Below, in pieces: positions 55,401 through 64,000 of a stretch of 64,000 nucleotides of DNA. Origin of the DNA: Chrysomallon squamiferum. Taxonomy: Eukaryota > Animalia > Mollusca. Below the pieces are notes generated by a model. The model did no database searches, was not told the origin of the DNA, and worked only from the letters and a program-made list of their open reading frames with translations. The DNA lies in assembly GCA_012295275.1 (NCBI GenBank), contig CM022669.1:3162001-3226000 (forward strand), given 5' to 3'. The translations under genes and the position numbers were made by a program. How positions within the stretch are numbered: position 1 is the stretch's first letter; each line of letters starts with the position of its first letter.

Positions 55401-58400
55401 TATTCTTAACAACAACATCAACTACTATAAAAACAAGATGATTTTTTTGTTTGTTCTTTTCACCTTGACAGCAGAAGTAGGTCCAGTCAGCAATTGGGTA
55501 AGTAATGATGTGATCCCAGCCAACCAGTGGACTTAAAGGTGGTGCAGTACAGTCCAAAACAGCTGATGTCTTAAAGAGATGGCTTACATTGACATCAAAC
55601 CCTGAAACATAATATTTGACTTGTTATTCATGGAAACACTATTGGATAGATGATTTCCCCTAGACACCTTTACCATAGTTTATATAAATTTATGACTTAT
55701 GACACACAGACACACTACACACAGACACACTACACACATTTATTCAAAGACAATAATACACATCCTCTCAAGTGTTGTCTAACTGGGCAGATTCACATTT
55801 CAGAAATGAGTAGAGTCTTTCTTTATGCTGAAGCTTTAAAATTGAGCAGCAAGTTCTGTGAAAATGAAACATGAGCAGACTGATGATTTCAGAACCGGAA
55901 GGACACCATCATTATGCTTGTAACTTTCAAAATGAACAAAGTACTATATAACAAAGGTCAAAAGATTCAGTGGACCCCAACATTCTTCAAACTGAACAAT
56001 AATGGCAGATATGGAATCCTTGTCATACTGCCTTTTCAATGGTCTATTGAGACATTTGGGTTTGAGGGTTTGATTTGACACAGAATGACCCTATATATTA
56101 TCCTAAATGAAATAACTTTTTAAGAAAAAATCATGACTTGGCAACATTGAATCTAAAACTTTAAAAAAAACTAATGGATCATTTAAATCTAAAGCAGTGA
56201 AATACTTTTAAATAAAGAGTAGCATGCACAGATTGTGTTCCATTTAGATCTGTTAGAATACCACATTACTGGATGTAGTCCTATATCTGTTTGTAATACA
56301 AACAAGCATATTAATAACACAGCTTGCAAATGAAAATAGTTCATGAAATAAATGGAATTCATGACTGCCACATAAATAGTTTGAAAGCTGTAATCCTTGT
56401 ATCTGCCAAATAATACTATTATCTATCAGAAAAAATCATAAATATTATCTGTCAATAAAATCAATGTTTTTGTCATTACCCAGGAGATGCAGTTCAGCTA
56501 GAGTATTCAACAGAGAACATGTATCTGGATTACAATGAACAATTCCTTCACAGATAGCTTCAGTAGCCAGGTCTGACTGACAAGTCAGATTGGATGTTTT
56601 TGTGATCAGTTTATCTGAGGCATTCCACATGTGACTTGACCTTCTCTTCTGCAAACCTTCCTTGAGAAATGAAACCTGACTTCCTCTCCTCTCTGCCAGT
56701 TTCTTTATTTTGGTTCCCTTCTTGTCCAGAAGATCACCACAGCTTATACCCTTTAGTGTTCTGATGGATGTTTTCTCTGGTGACATAATGTAATCATCAC
56801 TTGTCCTGCGAGACTGTGATGGTACAGGACTGAATGGAATGTCAAGATACTTGTCAGCTGCACTGAGTGTAATGAAGACGAGTTTGTCAGGAAGACATAA
56901 GGCAGGTCTCTTCCAGTTGTAGCTGTGTTGTAGCAGCTGACAGAAGTACTCAGCATCACACTGATCATCTTTCACAGAAATCCTTGGCTGGATGATGTGA
57001 GATGATGCACTAAGGAACTGTGGTGATCTGAAACAAAATATTAATCAAAATTAAGTCTGAATTCTTTTTAATATTAAAGGATACTAGATGTTAAATTATA
57101 AAACTGTATGTACATAATTTTGAGAGGCAAAACAATGCCAACATTCAAGGTCTCTTTAGTTAGTGGCAAAGGATTTAATGAATGAAAGTATTATCAGTAT
57201 GCATTAATATTGTTTACTAATGACAATTGCAAACAGAAGAACTTACAGTTTCTTTGGTGATTTGATAATCTTCTTCAGTTTTTGTTTCAGGTTATCCATG
57301 TCTCCCATTAGTTTGCTGTACAGAGGTAGTGTACACTTCAAATCCCTCACAGCATAACCTTAAAATACAAACATGATTACATTATTATATTTTTGACATA
57401 ACATGAGTCATATGCCAAAGAGAATTGGTTTTGTTTTTGTTTTTTAATTCTATTTTTGGACTGTTACTTACTGGGAGGATATCGTATGGGTGGGGGATAT
57501 AAACATATTGGCTGCAAATATTTTTATAATTTTATACACTTCAATGACATGCATTGAAGGCAACACAGAAGAATAAAATGTGAAAATCTGTGACGAAGTA
57601 TTATAAGGAAGGAAGCAAGGATGGAGGGTGAGAAAGACAACGTATAGAAGGATGGAAAAATGGAAAGATGAATGAATGCACAGATTATTTAATGACACTG
57701 GAACACTGACTGTTAGATGTTTTAGACATAGAACAATCTATGAACAATTCAATAAATAATTAATTCAAGAAGCTGTGACAATGAAAACAACCTTTCTGTT
57801 TAAGTCTAGCCAAAATCAGGTCTCTGTTTCTGACATGAAAGGTCATCACAACAGACGTCTGAAGAACTGCAATGACCTTGACCTGTGGACTGAAGACATA
57901 GGCTTCTTCTGCAGTGATGTTAACCAAGTAAGTGTTCAGTTCTGTCATGAAAAATGATTTTTTATTAATAATTACTTAATTTATTTAGTAAATGAAAATA
58001 GAAAAAACTGATGTGATGCTGGTCCTTCCAAATCATAAAGTGTTCTACCAGAAACATTTCTAAAAATTAGAAATCATTTAACTGCTTACAGGTAAATATT
58101 TGTTGCTGATAAATTTTAGGAAAGCTTCTTTTTAGTTTTCTTGTTAATAATAGAAATCTTTCCCATTCCTATGGCTAATGCTGAAAGAGTATGAAGTGCA
58201 AAACAGAAGACAAGGAATACAAGTACTTAGTAACTGTACATGAAAACAGATGTGGAGTTCAAGTTGTTAATATCACCACAATTACTTCATCATTTTTTAG
58301 AATCTAAATATCATTGAAATAAATAGTTACAAAGTATTTACCACAAAGTTTTAGATAACAATCATATCATTGTTGTTATTACCTGTGTTTGTGCTATCAG

Positions 58401-60550
58401 TATGATTATTAACTTGTTCCAGGTATTCACCAATGGTCAAAGCCACCTGTAGACATTCAGCTAGAGAGAGACAACCTGTCAGGTAAGCAGATGCAATTTC
58501 AGACAAACCACAGCCGATGGTGCCTGATATCTCACAGTGTGATGCAACAAGAACAGCCCTCAGTGCTGAAATACAGCAACATAGACAGACACAAGTCGTA
58601 TTCAGATTTGTGACAATGCTGTACAATTAAAATTCATATGAGCATGTCAAGCTCGCTGGTTAATACACAGTGAAAAAGAGTGTAGATGGTTGTTTAATAT
58701 GTTTTAAAATAAATGTTTAAATAATAACAGTCTAAGAATAGTATCAAGAAGAAGAAAAAAGGAGGAAGGGGAAAAGAAGGCAAATAACTCACTAAATAAT
58801 TAGTTAATTAATTAACTAACTAAATACAAAAAATGTCCATTATACTTTCAAAATGTCCTATCCATTAAATCAAATAATAAAATAAAGCCAAAAAAAAGTA
58901 TTGAAAAGAGATGTTTCAATATGTACAAAACTTTAAGAAATTTTCAAACTGTTTTAACTTATCTCTTGAACCATGCTGAGCAGGTTCAGAAAAAGGCTAC
59001 TCCAATTCTGAATTTTAAACTACAGCTGCATTTCCTGTAATTTACACTGCTTTATCTCAATCCAAATGATAAAATGTAAATAAATATTAGAGACCTAAAT
59101 CATCGCAGTGACAAGGTGGTGTAAATATTAACAGGTAAATTGAATGCCTCACCTATGAGACAAGCAGTGCGAGTGACTAAACCAAGTCTGGATAAAGGAG
59201 GTTGCTCCTTGGTCATATTCTCCATTAGAGACCAATCTCCAGTAAGCTGCTGAACAATCTGTAAATAAAATTTTATAATGGACATGTTCTGATGATGTTA
59301 AAATAAATTAACACAAATATACATGCATTCATGTCAAACAAATGAACAAACGAACGAACGAATGTACACACACACATTGTTGCATTTATCTTGGCATACT
59401 GACATTCATATATATGCACAAATAATAATATACACACACATGAATTTGTATAAACACACACACACACACAACGCATATGTTCATGAAAACATACATAGAC
59501 TATTTTTTTAACTAAATCTAATACCTTATCAGAATTTGAGACAGACTGTACAAATGCAGAAAGAGACATGATTTCTTGTTTAATACATCCAGTGGACCAT
59601 GCAATATCATTCAAAATTAACCACAGTTTTGGCGGTGCTTCTTGAACATGGAGGAATTTAGAGGTAACTGAAAGAGTAATGAGTAAAAGTATCAAACAGA
59701 TGACTCAATATTACATAAACTAGACTGGCTTTTATCTGGCTTTCAGAAAAAAAAAATTCCAAACAAAATAGCTTTTTAGAAGTGTATTAATCCGTTATTT
59801 CATTCTTTACTTTTCTTTATACTATAAATATATATTAAGCTCCAATAAAAACAGTTTTCTTTTCATGTATTGTAGTATACGTTGTGTATTTTGCATGTAT
59901 GTTTTATTTTTCTATTTACTGGATGTATGGCCAATTTTTTGATGTTTGAATGTTTGGATACACTCATAAACTTGTTCATTCTTTCTTGTATAATGGTCTA
60001 TGTGTGTATATTATTGAAACTGATTATATTTTAATGTAAAAATATTTAATCTTTCCAGCTATTGAACTAAATGATATGTACTAACCTGTACTATCTGTAA
60101 AAATACTGACAACACCTCTGATTGGCTGTTTTCTGTCACATGACAACAAAGACTTGGTAAAGAAATGAAGTAAATTCTCATCATTTCCATGACTACTGAT
60201 GAAATTACTGATTGTGTTGAAATTATCTTCATTTCTGGCTGTCACAGGAATTATGATTTGGCTTTGAAGGGATTTTTCTGAATGTAAATGGTTGAATAAT
60301 AAAATAAAGTTATATAAATACAGTCATTCAGAAATTAAGATATATTAAAAAGAAAAAGATATATTTCATATAATAGTAATAATGATAATGATAATGTAAT
60401 AATAATAATAATAATAATAATAACAATAATAATATTAAAAGCATCATAAATATTTATTTAACCTAATCTTTGCAAAAAATAAAGTAAACAGGCCAATAAG
60501 AAAATGTCATGAAAAAATTGTCCAGTATTTTCTTTGTCAACAACACTGAC

Positions 60551-60607
<57 letters not shown>

Positions 60608-63336
60608 TATATGTACAGCAGTAATAGTAGTAACAACAATTACAATAAAAATGTAAACTAACAATTATAATAATAACTGTAATAAATTAATAATAGTATT
60701 AATAATAGTAATAAATAAAAAATTAATTTATAAATGATGCTGTTACCAGGTTTCTTTATCTTGTACGGCTGTAAAAGTGCATGTCCATTTACCCCACCAA
60801 ATCCGTAACAGTTGACACCCACCCATCCATCTGGAAGAGCAGTGGGTTGGTCAACTACACAGACTTGTCCATTGACAATGGGCGTGATCTTTGGGTTAGG
60901 GGTTTTGAAATGAAGACTGGCAGGAAGTATCCCATGATGCATGCTCATAATGCATTTGATCAGACCAGCCAATCCTGAAATGATCCCCAGAAAATCAAAA
61001 TATGATTTCATGATATACTTTTCTTCAGTCATCATCTACAAAATCTTAACTGTATTTAATTAATGTCTAATGACACCCAGCATAATGAAATAAGTACATG
61101 TAAGTTATTATTTTTAAGCTACTTAACAGAGATGAAAATGCATCTCATTATAGAACGAATGTTATCTTTTATAATTGTATTAATAGCCTGAGCATCCTCT
61201 GGTGGAGAGAAGCTCAGATAGATAATGGGATGGATATCGCTGGTTCTCTGCCATATATAGGTCTGTTTGCACTGATTCTGGCTAGTATAGTCATTAACAA
61301 TCAGTTCTACAGTCCTTTAGATCAGTCATTTTCAAATTTGCTGGTACCATACCAGTTAGTCATATATATAGCCTACATATTACAAGAAGAAATCAAGACC
61401 CCTATCATAAAATCCCCAACTCAGAAATCTAACACGTTTGAATTGACATAAATAGTAATGTAATTGTCAGCTGATTAACATGTGAGAACTTTTCAGTAAA
61501 TGTCAGATCATATAAGATGGCATCATATAAAGATTATTTTTTAATTTGCTAATCATGGATAAATGAAAGAATATTTAACAGCATCGTGATAATAATGATA
61601 CTAATGGTACAATACATTTATTGTTTAAAGTAAAAGATATCATATTCCCATTGACAGCAAAGCATGTACTCACAAGTCATGCAGTCTTGAAACCATAGAT
61701 GACAAAATAGCTTAATGGGCTAATGAAGATTAATGGGCTAATGAAGATTAATTCAGCAATCCAAACATTCTTGCTGCTATAGTCAAAACAGAAGACTGTA
61801 CCATCTGATTCTTTAAATGATTCATACAAAATACTGTAGATACATGATTCCCCTTAAATGATACTGAAACTTGTAAAACAGGATTGTACCAAAAGTGGAC
61901 ATTTCCCCGATTTCAATGAATTTGTTATCAAAGGTGTTCATATCTAAGGAAGAACTAAATTAATCTTTTTATCAGTTACCTGCAGCAGCCTCACAGTGTC
62001 CCATGTTGCTCTTCACAGACCCTACAAGAAGTTGTTGTTGACGATCCTGACACAATACATCAGCCACTGCCTGGGTTTCAGTTACATCTCCAATCTGTCA
62101 GAAACAACATACAAATGCATCTTTAAAATTGCTATAGCATATAATGTTGAATTTTAACTGCAAATTTTCCCAACAGTGATAAAAGATTCATTTTTGTGAA
62201 TCTTTGGTAACATAACAGGAACTAAATAACGAATTAATTTCCATAATTTTACATGTTTAAAACTTTCGTACTCAGCATTAGAGATATAATTTTGTAATAA
62301 TACTGTGAGAAAGTAAACTGCTACCATTACATGGACTGTTTTTATACGTTACCAGCTTGGGACATTATTTCGACAGAAAAGCACCTACTACGTCCACCTG
62401 CTCCAGACAATAAAAATGGTGGAATAAAAATAAACAATAATCAGTGGTTTGAAAACTGCATTATCGCCTTCACTGAAGATGAAGCAAAATATATCTGTCC
62501 AAAGCTGATAAAGATTTGATTAATTCTGAAGAAAATTAAACAAAATATTAAGAAAACCAAAATGAATAAAATAAACTGTTATTTAAAACCTCCAGTATAA
62601 TAATAACTCCTAAAATGTAAGGTCTTTTCTACCTGTGTTCCAGATCCATGCATCTCTATATAAGCTAGATCTTTAGTCTTAATTCCAGTTCTTGTGTAAA
62701 TTGTTTGGAGCAAAAACTTCAGAGAATGAAGGCCTGGGTGAGTAATACCTGCAAGTTGAAAGAAAACAAGGCTAACATTGCTTACTTTTTAACATCAAAT
62801 GAAGGGTTAAGAATCAAAGTAGTGTGTAGCCTCAAACAATTACAAAATGAGTTTGGATCAAACAAGAGTGGAGATTAATAATATCAGACAATGACAGAAC
62901 TGTCTGAACTAATCAGATTTGACTGCACTCATGAAAAACATCTTAAATATTCCTGTTACGGTTTTTTGTTTGTTGATTTGTGTTTGTGTTTTTGTTGTCG
63001 TTTCTTTTTCTTTTTTTTAAATACTTAAATAATTTTAACAGTATTCAGTCATTTTAAAAATGGTTTGTTAAACTATGTTTTTTATATCTCCTTAGTAAAA
63101 CTAATTTTTTTTAATCATTAAATCATTTTTTTTTAAATGAGTTTCTTAGAACACCAAGACACATTTTAATATTAATGGTTATTAGATGTGGAAGTTTTTA
63201 TAACAATAAACTGGTTAAATGAAACCTGATGACAGTCTAATACATCAGTAACACATTACCTTCCTCTTTATAACCATCACAGTTAATGGCTATGTCTATC
63301 AGTGATGCATAAATTCTTCTACAGGTAGACTCAGAG
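43902..63336 (-). CDS. Divergent animal fatty-acid-synthase-like type I megasynthase (5'-partial): KS - inactive AT - inactive DH - inactive ER - ACP remnant - long linker - TE
   Basis: 31 GT-AG exons in transcription order: 63336-63260, 62748-62633, 62094-61980, 60974-60747, 60277-60086, 59667-59525, 59258-59153, 58565-58383, 57941-57792, 57358-57247, 57027-56480, 55601-55464, 55200-55088, 54472-54334, 53881-53779, 52929-52736, 52419-52179, 51755-51603, 51307-51104, 50729-50515, 50021-49815, 49427-49219, 48867-48778, 48436-48347, 47904-47624, 47408-47303, 46937-46817, 46642-46541, 45068-44908, 44544-44348, 44101-43902 (TAA). About 1740 codons. All junction phases agree except for one extra base in exon 52419-52179. 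FAS hallmarks: RRIYASL..NCDGYKEEG, YIEMHGSGTQIGD, GSVKSNMGHCEAAAG, LSPLVGWDH, LWEDSWLEFLN, GPYRILGYSFG. The start and KS active Cys lie beyond the window. Confidence 0.9.
45203..46320 (-). mobile_element. Decayed DNA transposon, possibly Mutator-like, in a TE-domain intron
   Basis: Perfect 14-bp inverted pair ccattagtcatatg (45226-45239) / catatgactaatgg (46283-46296) within longer imperfect inverted ends. ORF 45592..45906 ends VYREMENRLVRFKHQLQQRVKTPLQFLDDVGYLLK, which resembles C-termini of invertebrate MULE-type transposases (recalled, unverified). Confidence 0.45.
50515..52330 (-). other. Degenerate enoylreductase-like exons
   Basis: Colinear with FAS ER: LMGII, VPFVLATYILL, IIALADQLGC, TIGQGCDICI, FGMNHFLRNISV. 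The NADPH-binding GGVG loop is replaced by PPLDTV. Confidence 0.75.
50785..51015. repeat. Degenerate (CA)n tract, intronic
   Basis: caca/caaa units. Confidence 0.9.
53072..53651. mobile_element. Tc1/mariner-Tigger (pogo)-like non-autonomous element in an intron
   Basis: Right end gagttacaagcttggtcacggaacgaattcaactcactagtcaaggtaccacag followed by TA; left end tacctcgagttgtgagt is a decayed inverted counterpart. Subterminal ggctgggacggattaatggcatttc is typical of Tigger-type elements as I recall them. Confidence 0.65.
56480..59667 (-). other. Catalytically dead acyltransferase (MAT)-like exons
   Basis: GMGTQW position reads NDIAWS; GHSLG reads GCGLS (58501-58515); the conserved Arg position reads LTIG; AFHS reads PLYS (57315-57326). 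Flanking fold residues still align (AYLTGCLSLAEC, LKKIIKSPK, AEYF, LHLLG). Confidence 0.85.
60747..63336 (-). other. C-terminal half of the ketosynthase domain (4 exons)
   Basis: EMHGSGTQ and KSNMGHCEAAAG retain both catalytic His and the Lys; LHFKTPNP and GVNCYGFGGVNGH are conserved. Confidence 0.93.
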
Positions 63337-63742
63337 CTGGAAAAAATATAAATATTTTATAATCCTACAGCACACAGTAATAGTAATATCCTATATAACT
63401 AAATCATTACATATGAAGAATTATTAGGTGTCATCATTTCATTTTTGCATTATATGGCTTATAAATTTAAATTAAATTACACATACACATACAAAGGACT
63501 TTAAGGGATATATTGTTAATTTGCACTGTAAGTTTTGTTCCTTTCATTTCTAATCATTTAAAATGAAAAATCACAACTGGGACCGATATAAAATTAGTCT
63601 GTTAACCAGTGTGTACAGTTATAAAATAGTGTGTTGTTTAGAATGTGGTAAGGGTCATGCTGTAGTTACTGAAAAAGCTGATTAATTTCATGTCAAAAGG
63701 ATGATGACCTAAAAGTTTGAGGCTTGTATTACAACATATCTC

Positions 63743-64000
63743 TGTACCATGTGTCACAGCACCAAGTATCATTGCAACATGTTTCAGTGTACCATGTGTC
63801 ACAGCACCAAGTATCATTGCAACATGTTTCAGTGTACCATGTGTCACAGCACCAAGTATCATTGCAACATGTTTCAGTGTACCATGTGTCACTGGACCGA
63901 GTATCATTGCAACATGTTTCAGTGTACCATGTGTCACTGGACCGAGTATCATTGCAACATGTTTCAGTGTACCATGTGTCACTGGACCGAGTATCATTGC
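63743..64000. repeat. 45-bp intronic minisatellite, at least 5.7 copies, runs off the window
   Basis: Unit tgtaccatgtgtcac(agcaccaa/tggaccga)gtatcattgcaacatgtttcag starting at 63743, 63788, 63833, 63878, 63923, 63968. Confidence 0.95.

Noticed and set aside
63638-63997. 119-aa repeat ORF; also considered as a CRISPR-like array
   Set aside because: Product of a 45-bp tandem unit with no unique spacers, inside a eukaryotic intron.

Overview
AT-rich, microsatellite-rich eukaryotic DNA with GT-AG introns. Repeat content and gene types suggest an invertebrate, probably a mollusc (inference). Three protein-coding genes are supported. (1) A single-exon secreted protein with one chitin-binding type 2 (peritrophin-A/CBM14) domain and a long basic Thr/Pro/Arg-rich tail (11915-13132, -). 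(2) A complete 11-exon stomatin-like protein 2 gene, STOML2 (36967-41879, +, 390 aa). (3) Convergent with it, the last 31 exons of a very divergent animal fatty-acid-synthase-like megasynthase (43902 to beyond 63336, -). Splicing the exons by hand gives a hollowed-out enzyme. Both visible KS histidines and the full thioesterase triad are intact. AT, DH and ER have lost their catalytic or cofactor motifs, the pseudo-methyltransferase and KR regions are absent, and the ACP is a remnant without GxDSL. The protein has gained insertions (three RRxS sites, a ~200-aa pre-TE linker, an enlarged TE lid) and shows one apparent 1-nt frameshift. The rest is SINE and DNA-transposon remnants, a 45-bp minisatellite, simple repeats and ~24 kb with no recognisable gene. 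All comparisons with known proteins are from recalled family motifs, not from database searches.
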